Source: Macrostomum hystrix
Taxonomy: Eukaryota > Animalia > Platyhelminthes
Direction: 5' to 3'
Assembly: GCA_950097015.1 (NCBI GenBank)
Contig: CATNEN010000030.1
Location: forward strand, 1,302,001 to 1,366,000
DNA: 64,000 bases
Translations under genes and position numbers: made by a program
Shown here: positions 1-13,100 of the stretch, piece after piece
How positions within the stretch are numbered: the first letter of the stretch is position 1
How the letters are laid out: the number at the start of each line of letters is the position of its first letter
Notes under the pieces: generated by a model
Seen by the model: the letters and a program-made list of their open reading frames with translations, nothing else
What the model was told of the DNA's origin: nothing
Databases searched by the model: none

Positions 1-124
1 GTGATTTAACAGCTGAATAAAGTGGAATTAGAGAGAGAATGTCTCAGTGATTCGGCGGTACAAATAGGAGGGACGGGGGAGGGAGATTCAGAGAGGATAG
101 TCAGGAAGGGAGAGAATCAGGGTG

Positions 125-879
125 GGAGAGTCAGGGTGAGAGTCTCAGGGTGAGAGAGACAGGGTGAGGGTGAGAGAGACAGGGTGAGTGGGAGAGAGTC
201 AGGGTGAGGGGGAGAGAGTCAGGGTGAGGGGGAGAGAGTCAGGGTGAGGGGGAGAGAGTCAGGGTGAGGGGGAGAGAGTCAGGGTGAGGGGGTGAGGGTC
301 AGGGTGAACTGGAGAGAGTCAGGGTGAACTGGAGAGAGTCAGGGTGAACTGGAGAGAGTCAGGGTGAGGGGGTGAGGGTCAGGGTGAACTGGAGAGAGTC
401 AGGGTGAACTGGAGAGAGTCAGGGTGAGGGGGAGAGAGTCAGGGTGAGGGGGAGAAAGTCAGGGTGAGGGGGAGAGAGTCAGGGTGAGGGGGTGAGAGTC
501 AGGGTGAGGGGGAGAGAGTCAGGGTGAGGGGGAGAAAGTCAGGGTGAGGGGGAGAGAGTCAGGGTGAGGGGGAGAGAGTCAGGGTGAGGGGGAGAGAGTC
601 AGGGTGAGGGGGTGAGGGTCAGGGTGAGGGGGGGAGAGTCAGGGTGAGGGGGAGAGAGTCAGGGTGAGGGGGAGAGAGTCAGGGTGAGGGGGAGAGAGTC
701 AGGGTGAGGGGGAGAGAGTCAGGGTGAGGGGGAGAGAGTCAGGGTGAACTGGAGAGAGTCAGGGTGAACTGGAGAGAGTCAGGGTGAACTGGTGAGAGTC
801 AGGGTGAACTGGAGAGAGTCAGGTTGAGGGGGAGAGAGTCAGGTTGAGGGGGAGAGAGTCAGGGTGAACTGGAGAGAGT
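125..879. repeat. G-rich 20-bp minisatellite (AGGGTGAGGGGGAGAGAGTC, variant AGGGTGAACTGGAGAGAGTC), roughly 37 copies
   Basis: 20-bp periodicity visible as aligned columns across lines 181-879. Confidence 0.97.
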
Positions 880-1331
880 AAGGCACGGCTATAGAATGTA
901 ATGCAATGCAATGTACTGCAAAGTTAAGCATCTGAAAAACCCTTCTTGGCAAGTTTGCCCAGAAAGCTTGTTCCCATTGTTGCTATGCAAGCGCCTAATT
1001 CACGATTGTCAAACCGATTTTTCGTTTCAATTGCAATTGAAATTTATTGCCACTTTACAATAAAAGGCATACGCATCTGAGGAACTCAAAAGCTACTTGA
1101 AGATAACTTGAACCGTTTTTTCTCTTGAACTTGACCCTGGAAGCATCGGAAATACTGTATATATTTTGGAATTATCTAAAGGAACGAAAGGACAAAGAAT
1201 AAATACGAGCTTAGTTTTATGCAGGTAACAAAAGGTGAATTTCTAATTCCTTGTCTGATGGCTCAATGCCTTGAAGCCGCCATTCATATGGCTGAGTTGT
1301 AAATCATTCCAGCCTTTTTATGTCTCTGAAC

Positions 1332-1366
<35 letters not shown>

Positions 1367-1799
1367 ATTCCTGATGCTATAAAACACAAACAGGCAGTCA
1401 TGCTGGCGGTGCTCACAATTGAGTCTCTCTGCCTGTGAAATTCTCTTTTTCTGTCCCTGTTTAGTGGGGCTCTAATATATATTAGTCCCGCATCATCAGC
1501 AAACGGTGGTTTTGCCACGGCTCACTTAATTACGTTGAATAAATTTGTTATAGTTTTTTAGGGCATTTACTCTCGATTGACAATGCTGAGTAATTTTGGT
1601 TTAAATGATTTGTTTAATTAATATTTGAGGCGCTAAGGATTGCTCTCAGATGGAAAGATATTCTGCATGTCTAGATTATGATCCTGGATAAGTCTGTTAG
1701 TTAAGGATTAAACATTCTCAAACCGAATTCAAGTCTATAAATTTATTTCAATTTTTTTATTGACTTACAAAATCATGGAGTCAGCGAGTAGGCAGTGAG

Positions 1800-2960
1800 C
1801 TGTACTGAGTAATGAGCAGTAAATAATGAGCAATAAATAATGAGCAGTGATTAAGGAGCTGTGCATAATGAGCAGCGAATACTGAGCAGTGAATACTGAG
1901 CAGTGAATAATGAGCAGTGAATAATGAGCAGTGAATACTGAGCAGTGAATAATGAGCAGTAAACTATGAGCAGTGAATAATGAGCTGTAAATACTGAGCA
2001 GTGAATAATGAGCAGTAAATAATGAGCAGTGAATAATGAGCAGTGAATAATGAGCAGTAAACTATGAGCAGTGAATAATGAGCAGTAAACTATGAGCAGT
2101 GAATAATGAGCAGTAAATACTGAGCAGTAAATAATGAGCAGTAAATAATGAGCAGTGAATAATGAGCAGTGAATAATGAGCAGTGAATAATGAGCAGTGA
2201 ATAATGAGCAGTGAATACTGAGCAGTGAATAATGAGCAGTAAATAATGAGCAGTGAATAATGAGCAGTGAATAATGAGCAGTAAACTATGAGCAGTGAAT
2301 AATGAGCTGTAAATACTGAGCAGTGAATAATGAGCTGTAAATACTGAGCAGTAAATAATGAGCTGTAAATACTGAGCAGTGAATAATGAGCAGTGAATAA
2401 TGAGCAGTGAATAATGAGCAGTGAATAATGAGCAGTGAATAATGAGCAGTGAATAATGAGCAGTGAATAATGAGCAGTGAATAATGAGCAGTGAATACTG
2501 AGCAGTAAATAATGAGCAGTGAATAATGAGCAGTGAATAATGAGCAGTAAACTATGAGCAGTGAATAATGAGCTGTAAATACTGAGCAGTGAATAATGAG
2601 CTGTAAATACTGAGCAGTAAATAATGAGCTGTAAATACTGAGCAGTGAATAATGAGCAGTGAATAATGAGCAGTGAATAATGAGCAGTGAATAATGAGCA
2701 GTGAATAATGAGCAGTGAATAATGAGCAGTGAATAATGAGCAGTGAATAATGAGCAGTGAATACTGAGCAGTGAATAATGAGCAGTGAATAATGAGCAGT
2801 GAATAATGAGCAGTGAATAATGAGCAGTAAATAACGAACAGTAAGCAACGAGGAGTGAATGATGAGCAATAAGCCACGAGCAATGAGCAATGAGCAATGA
2901 GCAATGAGCAGTGAAAAATGAACAGTGAGCAATGAGCAGTCAGAAGACATAAATGAGCAG
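1800..2960. repeat. 14-bp minisatellite (TGAGCAGTGAATAA), roughly 80 copies
   Basis: Direct reading of the period. The LLIIHCSLFTAHYS-type ORFs at 2062-2950 are its translation. Confidence 0.97.
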
Positions 2961-3609
2961 TTAGTAATGAGCAGGAAGTTAAGTATTTGTCATCTCAGTC
3001 TCAAAAAACTGCTTTGAAATTGATGACTACACAGCCGGAAATATAGGCTCAATATTAAAGTACATGAGTGAGTAACAGTTTGGAGAATGGCTGGGCCCAT
3101 TCACTCATAAACCTCATAGCTTTTCAATCGTTGAAAACAAACACGTGACTCACCAGAGTTCATACTTAGAGCTTTCTGACTAGAAATAGACTTAGGGATT
3201 TACCCCCTTGGAATAGGACAGCGGGGTACGGACAACCTGGGGACTGGGGTGGGGGTTGTGGATCAGTGACTGGCTTAGCGATGACGAGTTGGGCTATTTT
3301 TAGCCAGTGACCTCATACGGACTTGGAAATTTGCTGACTCGGTAGGTTTGGCCTTAGGGCTGATTATTAATGCATGAACTTCATACGCAGCCAGCATTCT
3401 AGCTAAAATTTTCGGAGTCACACATCTGCTAAACCTAGCTCTCTCCCCTCTCATCCTCTCAAAACACTTATAATTAGGACAAAGATTTTCTGCGCAAGGT
3501 CTTTCTCCTGGGCTGCATTCGCATCATGCTACTTTAAGTAAAAATGCATGCAACTTTTTATCCAAATATTCGAACATGTCCAAATACAGAGACATATACT
3601 GATTTTACA

Positions 3610-3684
3610 ACTAATTGCTACCCGTTTGAGTAGAGTTTGCCTCTCGCGATAAGGTCCCTGAGCTCGATTCCGCAGCGAGGCCAC
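3610..3684 (+). mobile_element. Degenerate tRNA-like head of SINE family 2 (head only)
   Basis: TTTGCCTCTCGC...TCCCTGAGCTCGATTCCGCAGCGAGGCCAC matches the head of the full copy at 63388-63720. Confidence 0.6.
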
Positions 3685-3973
3685 TACGGGCCGACCTGAT
3701 AATAATTGCACGCCGGGCTGGGTTATAACTGTCGCATCACCTCATTGATCTTTCCGCCAATGAATGCAATCCATACTCCGCAACATTGAAAACGCATCAC
3801 CTTCTCTCTCGTTAACACCTCTCTCTCTCTCTAACACTAACGTAACAACCTCAGCACCCCCGCAGGCTGCGAGTATTAGAGAGAGAAGGTGATGGGCCAA
3901 TCAAAGTCAATGGCGTAGCAATAAAAGGGCTGAACGAAGACAAGCAGATCCTTGTGAATGAGCCAGACAACCC

Positions 3974-4761
3974 ATGAGTTCCAACGCAGCTCTGAAACGC
4001 GCGGCCAACTGGTCCATGATCGAAATCGAGACACTGCAGGAGGCAACGACCAAGCGCAAAAATTACTTGGAGAGGAGCTAAGCAAATTTACGCAAAAACG
4101 CGGATGGCAGCAAATTGCCGATATCGTGAATTCAGTCGGCGGACAAGGACGATCAGCCGAGAACTGCCGCAAGCGGTGGTCCGACTTCAAGAGTCGACTG
4201 AAGCACAAGGTCGCCAGCATCCGCAAGGAGCAAGCTAAGACAGGAGGCGGTCCGTCGCAGGCCCCGCAGTTGTCTAGCTTCGAGGAGAAGGCTGCGCAGC
4301 CAATCCGACCCCAGGTCGTGGAAGGTGTGCCATGCGGTGTTGACACGTTGCAGTTGCCTGCATCTAAGGGACAGGCTGCGTCATCAAGCTCGGTGGCTGC
4401 TAGTTCACCTGCTGGTAAATCTGTCGAAGTAGTTGGCAGATGTGCATCGCCTGAGTACGACACTGCCGACGATGGAGACAGCAAAGAGTCTGCTGCCACC
4501 CCGGCTGCCGCTTCTGCTGCCAAGAACAAGAAGCGTCAGGCAGATCAAAGCAAGCTTGAGCTGATTGGATCCTTGGAAACAAAACGTCTCCGGGTGGAGG
4601 AAGACCGACTGAAGATCGAAACTCACCGATTTTTCGTCGAGAAAGAGAGGCTGCAGATCGAGAGGGAGCGTCTACGCATTGAGCAGGAGAGACTGGCGAT
4701 CGAAAAGGAGACAAGAAAGAATTTTGAGAGTAGGCAATTGGTCCATTTTAATGACGTGTAG
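3974..4761 (+). CDS. Intronless Myb/SANT-like DNA-binding protein (PIF/Harbinger accessory-protein type) with C-terminal coiled coil; one frameshift near 4070
   Basis: ATG at 3974 reads MSSNAALKRAANWSMIEIETLQEATTKRKNYL (SANT helix 1). It then shifts into the 3958-4761 ORF: GWQQIADIVNSVGGQGRSAENCRKRWSDFKSRLK (helices 2-3) and an ERLRIEQERLAIEKE coiled coil. Confidence 0.8.
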
Positions 4762-5277
4762 GCCTTCTTTCTCTGAGTATCAAGGACCTGTGTCTGTTCT
4801 GGAATGTGTTAGGGCAACTGTAGTTAAATATAATGGTGGTGTGAACCAAGGGCAATACAGTATTGCCGTTCGATGTTTATTGATATGAAAATGTGAGTGT
4901 CATTCGTTACTTGAATTACTAAATAAGTACAGCATGCGTCTCAAAGATAACTAAAAAGGGACGGTAAAAATTCCGCTTACGGTAAAAGTAGGACGCCAGT
5001 GCTAAAGTTTGATCGCAGCCCCTGCGTAAGTTACGACGCATCTGCGAAAGTTTCTCCGAATGATACAAAAAAGCTTCACAAAGCTGAGTTAGCTACTAAG
5101 AGTAGTATTAGGGGAGTTTTTTCAAGGATAGTTCAACAAGAAATGTTAAGAACAAGAACAAGTATTATACCCGATCAAATAACAAAAACCATGCACTGAC
5201 TGATCGCTACGTATTATATAGGTAAACGCAGATAGAGACTTTATGAAGCGAGTGAGTTAAGGTGGAGAGAACCATGT

Positions 5278-6345
5278 GAGACAGTAGAGACGGGCAGCGG
5301 AGAGTCAGATGAGACGGTATAGAGAGTCAGATCGGGCAGCGGAGAGTCAGTTGAGACAGTAGAGAGTCAGATGAGACAGTGGAAAGTCAGATGAGACAGC
5401 GGAGAGTCAGATGAGACAGCGAGAGTCAGATGAAACAGCGAGAGTCAGATGAGACAGCGGATAGTCAGATGAGGCAGTGGAGAGTCAGGTGAGACAGCGG
5501 AGAGTCAGGTGAGACAGCGGAGAGTCAGGTGAGACAGCGGAGAGTCAGGTGAGACAGCGGAGAGTCAGGTGAGACAGCGGAGAGTCAGGTGAGACAGCGG
5601 ATAGTCAGATGAGGCAGTGGAGAGTCAGGTGAGACGGCGAAGAGTCAGGTGAGACGGCGGGGAGTCAGGTGAGACAGCGGAGAGTCAGGTGAGACAGCGG
5701 ATAGTCAGATAAGGCAGTGGAGAGTCAGGTGAGACGGCGAAGAGTCAGATGAGGCAGTGGAGAGTCAGGTGAGACAGCGGAGAGTCAGGTGAGACGGCGG
5801 GGAGTCAGGTGAGACAGCGGAGAGTCAGATGAGGCAGTGGAGAGTCAGGTGAGACGGCGAAGAGTCAGGTGAGACAGCGGAGAGTCAGGTGAGACAGCGG
5901 AGAGTCAGGTGAGACAGCGGAGAGTCAGGTGAGACAGCGGAGAGTCAGGTGAGACAGCGGAGAGTCAGATGAGACAGCGGAGAGTCAGGTGAGACAGCGG
6001 ATAGTCAGATAAGGCAGTGGAGAGTCAGGTGAGACGGCGAAGAGTCAGATGAGGCAGTGGAGAGTCAGGTGAGACAGCGGAGAGTCAGGTGAGACGGCGG
6101 GGAGTCAGGTGAGACAGCGGAGAGTCAGATGAGGCAGTGGAGAGTCAGGTGAGACGGCGAAGAGTCAGATGAGGCATTGGAGAGTCAGGTGAGACAGCGG
6201 AGAGTCAGGTGAGACAGCGGAGAGTCAGATGAGACAGCGGAGAGTCAGGTGAGACAGTAGAGAGTCAGATGAGACAGCGGAGAGTCAGATGAGACAGCGG
6301 AGAGTCAGGTGAGACAGTAGAGAGTCAGATAAGACAACGGAGAGC
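5278..6345. repeat. 20-bp minisatellite (AGAGTCAGGTGAGACAGCGG), first block
   Basis: Direct 20-bp periodicity. Shares the GAGAGTCAG(G)TGAG core with the 125-879 array. Confidence 0.97.
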
Positions 6346-6988
6346 CAAAAAAGGATTAAAAAATTATTTATGCAAATGTCATGACGCATGCACATTCATG
6401 ATGAAAATATGTGACTCTTACCTATTCCCGTGGCCTGATCTTGTCACATTCTCGGTAGTTGTTAACTGGTTGACTTGGGTCTGTAGCAAATGAACTCGAC
6501 TGTTATGCAGGGCCAAATATCGGATCTCTGCAACGCCAAGCTGTGCTTAGAGCCAGCTTCAAAGATCTCTGCTTATTTTCTGATAAAATATATATACATA
6601 TATCCCTTCCGCGGTTAAAAACAAAGACTTACTGGTGGACAAAGAGTTTCGGGGTTCTTTCTCTGCTCCGGAGTCTTTATTTAACGGCCATGCACAACTA
6701 GTGAAGCCCAAGGACAAAGCTGGAGCTGTCTTGTGTCCCATGTAGAGAATTGAATAGAAAATTTTATAGCCAAAAAAATTTTTTTGCTTCGATTGAAGAC
6801 TCAATTGAAGGCGTGTCTTGTTTTAAATATTTTTTAAGACACAACCATAACAAAGTTAGTGAGGCACTGAATTTTTTAACCGAAGAGAATGCATTAAAAA
6901 TTACATTAACTTTTTTTAAACACGACTTACTAGCTAAAACCTGGCAGATACAAAAGGCTTGGGCGAAAGTCAAGAAAATTAAAAAAGA

Positions 6989-7480
6989 GAGTCAGATGAG
7001 ACAGTCGATAGTCAGATGAGGCAGCGGAGAGTCAGGTGAGACAGCGGAGAGTCAGATGAGACAGCGGAGAGTCAGATGAGACCGCGGAGAGTCAGGTGAG
7101 ACAGCGGAGAGTCAGGTGAGACAGCGGATAGTCAGATGAGACAGTGGAAAGTCAGATGAGACAGTGGAAAGTCAGATGAGACCGCGGAGAGTCAGATGAG
7201 ACCGCGGAGAGTCAGATGAGACAGCGGAGAGTCAGGTGAGACAGCGGATAGTCAGATAAGGCAGTGGAGAGTCAGGTGAGACAGCGGAGGGTCAGGTGAG
7301 ACAGCGGAGAGTCAGGTGAGACAGTAGAGAGTGAGATGAGACAGCGGAGAGTCAGATGTGACAGTGGAGAGTCAGATGAGACAGCGGATAGTCAGATGAG
7401 GCAGTGGAGAGTCAGGTGAGACGGCGGAGAGTCAGGTGAGACAGCGGAGAGTCAGGTGAGACAGTAGAGAGTCAGATCGG
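6989..7480. repeat. 20-bp minisatellite, second block of the same family
   Basis: Same unit as 5278-6345, resuming after about 640 bp of unique sequence. Confidence 0.95.
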
Positions 7481-7802
7481 GTAGCCTTTTACAAAGGCAA
7501 GAATAGTGTAAATCTGTTAAACTAAGGGAAATTATCAGTCTGTTTTTCTACAAATCGATTGCTTCATAATTTCCTATCTTCCGAGTGTTAAATGTGTGAC
7601 AGCCAGTGAGTCTATACTGGTCCGGAAACTGGTCGGGATTCAGAGCTCTGTGAAACAAAGACCTGCAGCTTTTTGGACCCTTTTTGAGGGTCTATGTTTT
7701 TTAAAGGATCCTAGCTTTTATTGGTGAAGTGTGTTTATTGTGCAATTATATGGAATAGCTAATTGATCTCAGCTCTGATACAAAATCGCAGTGTCGTTTC
7801 AT

Positions 7803-8200
7803 GATTTGAGTCAAGTGAGGAAATAAAGAATGAGTACAGAAAGGTCACAGGATTTGAGTCAAGGGAGGAAATAAAGAATGAGTACAGAAAGGTCACAGGA
7901 TTTGAGTCAAGTGAGGAAATAAAGAATGAGTACAGAAAGGTCACAGGATTTGAGTCAAGGGAGGAAATAAAGAATGAGTACAGAAAGGTCACAGGATTTG
8001 AGTCAAGGGAGGAAATAAAGAATGAGTACAGAAAGGTCACAGGATTTGAGTCAAGTGAGGAAATAAAGAATGAGTACAGAAAGGTCACAGGATTTGAGTC
8101 AAGTGAGGAAATAAAGAATGAGTACAGAAAGGTCACAGGATTTGAGTCAAGTGAGGAAATAAAGACTGAGTAGACAAAGGGGACAGGATTTGAGTCCTGT
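7803..8200. repeat. 48-bp minisatellite (GATTTGAGTCAAGTGAGGAAATAAAGAATGAGTACAGAAAGGTCACAG), about 8 copies
   Basis: Direct reading. The 16-aa periodic ORF 7759-8136 is its translation. Confidence 0.96.
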
Positions 8201-8775
8201 GACCTGCAAATTCACTTCAATTCACAGTTAAGGAAACAACAAAAGAACATTCCCAATTAGAAGCAAAACTGAAAAAATGAAGCAAGAGTCAGTAACAGTC
8301 AGAACATTTTGTGATGCTTTGCCAAGACTTAGACAGGAAGCAATGAATCACCTCTCGGCTTTATTCAGTCAAGCTCTGACAATGAGGACAAGGTCTTTTC
8401 AGATCATTCAAAATAATTTAGCTTCCGTCAGATGGCATTGTATTATAATTGTATTGTTCAGGATTCTGTTAAAGAACCAATCAGAGTTAGTCAGTGTGTT
8501 CACGGGAATTAATTTTTTGATAGTCTGGTAAACATTGGTCTCACAAAGAACAAAAAACACAGAAGAATAAACGGTTAAATAGTTTATAACGAATATTGAA
8601 AGTTGGGAATAACAATTAAGCTGTGTTTGATAATTGCGCAAATAACATTTTAACACACAATAATGAGTGAATAGGCTGATACACGATATATAGATGGATA
8701 GTTTTGTCAAAACTTAGTAGAAATATTTCTAATTTCTTGCATCTATCTTTCATAGCACACTACTCGTGAGTAGAC

Positions 8776-9201
8776 TGTAGATGTTTCCCCTAAGATTATT
8801 TTAGCTTTTTAATAGAAAATCTTTCCTTGTCCAGCCGTATATGACGTCGGCGGGGCGTGCACTATTCGCTGCGAAATCTCGTTGCCAGGCGGAGAAATTT
8901 GAGCCGATTCTGAGTCGGCGAGGAGGGCAGAGAAGCGAGCGTTCCCCCCATCTTGAAAATGTCCTACCCCAGTTTTCCTGTCTCTCAGTACAGATACCCC
9001 GCAGCGATGGGGCATATTCCATTTATGGAAGGTGGCAGTGGCAGTGGATGAGAAGCAGGACAGGGTAAGCGTGAGCTGAGGATTCCTTCCCTCCCGGTTA
9101 TTGATTTAGCCCCCCCCCTAAGCCTGAGCACTGGGCCCGTCTGAGCACTCGGCTAAAGGTAGTCGGGACGAGAGGATAAAGCTAAAAATAGATCATCCAC
9201 A
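8776..9201. mobile_element. Possible small non-autonomous element or LTR remnant
   Basis: GC-richer island bounded by TGTAGATG...CATCCACA with imperfect subterminal inverted repeats (TATTTTAGCTTT / AAAGCTAAAAATA). No TSD found. Confidence 0.25.
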
Positions 9202-10139
9202 CTCGCGCAAGCAGGCCAAGTGTAGTTATAACGAGAACTATAACTATTAGTTGCTAGGCAAACAGAACCGCAGTTTCCTAATTCTTAGTTTGAACAAAAG
9301 CGATTCCACAGGTGCAAAAACAGAGTAACTTTTTAGGGATGAAGAAAACTCTTTAAAACTTAAAAGTGTACACGAATAAGCAATAGCGACTCCACAAATA
9401 AGCATATGACCTTGTCAAAATAGGTTTTAGTCAAGTAAGTTTTGTTAACACAACACGACTAGAAGGTAAAGCCTTTTTTATAGGGACACACGGTCGCGGA
9501 AAAAATAGGAGAAAATCTTTGTTGTACAAAAATATGTAATTTTGTTAGACAATAGCTTGCGAATGTGCGTGAACTCGTTAGTCAATAAAATACAAGGATA
9601 ATAGAACAAAACTCCACGAAAAAGTCTAAAATTTAATAAATCGAATGTTTTATCGAGTGCAGTCAAAAAAGAACAGAAAAAACTGACTGACTTTTAAATC
9701 GAATGTAACCATGGAAACGCAAAGCAAACAAACAATACGTGCTGCTACAACGAACACAACAGCTGCTTTAAATAATCCAATAATCTCTGCTATTGCAACA
9801 AACACTCAAGACTTGATTTGACGAGAAAATAAGCACTAAGGAATATTTAGCGTAAAAAAATAACTTCTCATCGTTTCTTTTCGACACTAAATTCTGACCA
9901 AAAAGACCGAATAAAATAGACACAACGCTAAACAGGGTATAAATTTGAGGTGAATCAAAGACTCAAACTGTCCAGTCCACGATTGCAGGCTGGTTGCCTC
10001 AGCCAATCAGAAACTTTCGAATGGATCAACTCACGCCCAGTGTTCATTCGCCCTGTAAATGAGTTTTGTACACAGTGATTTTGCGACAATATCATTCTCG
10101 GAAAGACGGAGAATTTCACGTAACAGATTTAGCATGCAG

Positions 10140-13100
10140 TCACGTGACTCTAACTGTACGTACATCAACAAGGACGCCTTCGCAGGAGTCGTCAACCAGG
10201 CGCTGCTTGCCAGAGCCGGTGGCGGCGGCGTTGGCGCAGAGGCTGAAGTCCAGGCGACGGGCCGACCAGCGCTCCAGGTTGGCCTCGTTATCGATCATGA
10301 CGCACTTGGTGACTGGGGCGCAGCCGGGGGCAGTGGCGGTGACGGCGAAGGGGCCGTCAGTCAGCAGGCGATAGTAATAGCCATCGGCGCCTGAAAATTA
10401 TTGACAATTCGCTTGATTGCATAATTTGCAATTCGGAGTCACGTGATTAGCGGAGTTTGATTGCGCAATCAATAGCTTAGAATCACGTGATTGGTGGAGT
10501 TTGATTGTGTAATCAGTAGCTTAGAATCACGTGATTGGTGGAGTTTGATTGTGTAATCAGTAGCTTAGAATCACGTGATTGGTGGAGTTTGATTGTGTAA
10601 TCAGTAGCTTAGAATCACGTGATTGGTGGAGTTTGATTGTGTAATCAGTAGCTTAGAATCACGTGATTGGTGGAGTTTGATTGTGTAATCAGTAGCTTAG
10701 AATCACGTGATTGGTGGAGTTTGATTGTGTAATCAGTAGCTTAGAATCACGCGATTGGTGGAGTTTGATTGTGTAATCAGTAGCTTAGAATCACGTGATT
10801 GGAGGAGTTTGATTGTGTAATCAGTAGCTTAGACCCACGTGATTGGAGGAGTTTGATTGTGTAATCAGTAGCTTAGACCCACGTGATTGGAGGAGTTTGA
10901 TTGTGTAATCAGTAGCTTAGACCCACGTGATTGGAGGAGTTTGATTGTGTAATCAATCGATCTGAGTGACGCGATTGGTGGAGTTTGATTGCGTAATTGA
11001 TAGCTCAGAGTCACGTCGTATGTTTGACTGCGGCTAACTACGAAATCCAATATTATAAAAGAAATATTAAACAAATACAATGTTTCTTACAAATAAAGTC
11101 TTTCTGGCTGTGACCAAGAAAATAACACAGAAAATAACGCATTGGAACACTCACCGGTGTCAACATTGTGCAGAATGGGCAGAACAGAGCCGTCCGTGTC
11201 AATGCGGTCAACGGTGATAACAGCGCCTCCCTTAGCAACCGGACTGCCAGCCTTGGTAACCAGTCCCTTGATGCCGTAGTGCACGGCGGACATGTAATTC
11301 ACGAATGCCTGTTTGTTCTCGTCCCAGTAGCGGGGCAGCTCAGAGCCGGGCGGATACTTCTTGCAGCCCAGCTCCACCTGTGTTCAAGAAAATACAGGCG
11401 TGACATTGTGATAAGCTATTGAGCTGCAGGACAGCTAATTTAGGCTACAAAGTCAGTAGATTGCCATAGCGGACTACAATCTCAAGCCCAAAAAAACAAG
11501 CGCGCACCGTGATCTCGTAGCAGTTGGAGGCCAGATAGTTAAAGTCCTGCATGCCGCTAGACACACTGTACCACTTGGCCCCGTTGGTCACGCCGTTGCG
11601 GAACGGATTCGGCCGGCCGCTGGAGCCGCCCTCGGACGGGCAGGCGTGGCGCCGGCTGTACATGGCCGGATTGCCAGCGGAATAAGCCAGGGCCAGCCGG
11701 CGGAACAGCCGATCGTCCGGCGAGGCCGAATAGGCGTCGGCACTGTCCGGCCGGGACTCGTCGTAGGGATAATTTGCCACCTTGTCACCGCCGTGCAGAT
11801 TGGCGGATAGGACGAAATTGTTGGCTAGAATCCACGCCATCAGCATGCAGGTCTCCGGCTGACGACCACACCTGTAGCGTACAGGTGCATTGATACTAAT
11901 AGTAATAATAATTGCAGGAGGGCTGCAGGCAATGGCACATCTCTTGTTGACTGCTAGACACGCAGTCAATTCACTGACTCCTGAGCACACACGCACACAG
12001 ATAATGTACGCAGGCACACACTCACACAGGTGAGTGCATCAGCCCTGACTTTTTCATCGTCAGGCAGTGTACACTCTCACTGTGCCTTGGAGATTGGCCC
12101 TCAAGGGCGTGAATTGCACGAGCTACTTGAAGTAGATAAACAAATGTACCGCGTACCGCGCGGTGTCATTCCTGAACAGGTGGTCGAATGGTCCAGTGCC
12201 GGCCCGCTCTAGCTCATAGATGCGCCTGTCCAGGTCCGGGAAGTCGCGGTTCAGATCGACATTGTTGGCATTCTTGCGACCTTTGACTTCAACCCGGCTG
12301 CCGGGAGCAGTCGGATTGTTGGCAATGTCCCAACCATCCGGGTTCATGCTGGGCATGATGTGCAGATGGGCCCGGCCAATCAGGGCAGCAGTTAGGGGGT
12401 TGCCATTGTGGTGGCCGACGCAGAGGTCAACAGCCAGGCGAAGGAGCAGCTCGCGACCAACGACCTCAGTTGCCGTGCATGTTGCCAACCCACTTGAACT
12501 CAGGACGGCCTTTGGGATTTTTTAGAACAAATAGGTAAAGAAAACGTTTGCAAATTTACTTGGATTAAACAATATGACATACTTTAGCATCCTTGTTTTT
12601 ATTAACTTGTTATTTACATTTAATCTTTGTAAACTGTCATACAGGTATATACTGAGTTTGTGTGTCAAATTTGGAAACCCTCTGTTCAAAAAAGTTTTCA
12701 ATACATATATCAGTATAGTGATTTTATTTATGTCTAAAAGAAAACTTATATATATATCAGATCAAATATATTAGTATCTAAGATAATAATAAATAATACA
12801 TAACATATAATTTATTTTCGAATATAGCTAATATGCATTATGTTTTGCTATATATATATATGAATGTCCCTTGGAAAAGCATTGATTTTTTCCTCTTCCC
12901 CCCCATTTTTCATGATATAAATAACCTCATTTATATATGCATATAGTTAGTATATAAAGGATGATATTTTTATGTATACTTGTATACATAAATACTTAAA
13001 AGCTATGACTAAAACTGAAGAAGTTACTATTAGCATTAGCAATGTGCACAAAAAGATTTTCCTATGCATTAGATTAGTTTAAATAAAAGATACAGTGAAA

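Noticed and set aside
2062-2950. Hydrophobic Leu/His/Cys-rich ORFs, and similar periodic ORFs at 7759, 23368-24281, 39881, 44304-44654, 45739-46240, 46746-47201, 48085 and 52651-53020
   Set aside because: Each is the translation of a minisatellite; several lie inside defined introns.
3690-3790. Minus-strand SMDCIHW resembling the Harbinger transposase GSIDCMHW motif
   Set aside because: Seven residues followed by a stop, with no other transposase motifs nearby; noted only because of the adjacent Myb/SANT ORF.
10059-10394. + strand ORFs overlapping real exons (also 17130-18740, 43329-45634, 53679-54082 and 57962-58357)
   Set aside because: They are antisense or alternative-frame shadows of GC-rich exons of the carboxypeptidase, piwi and USP24 genes.
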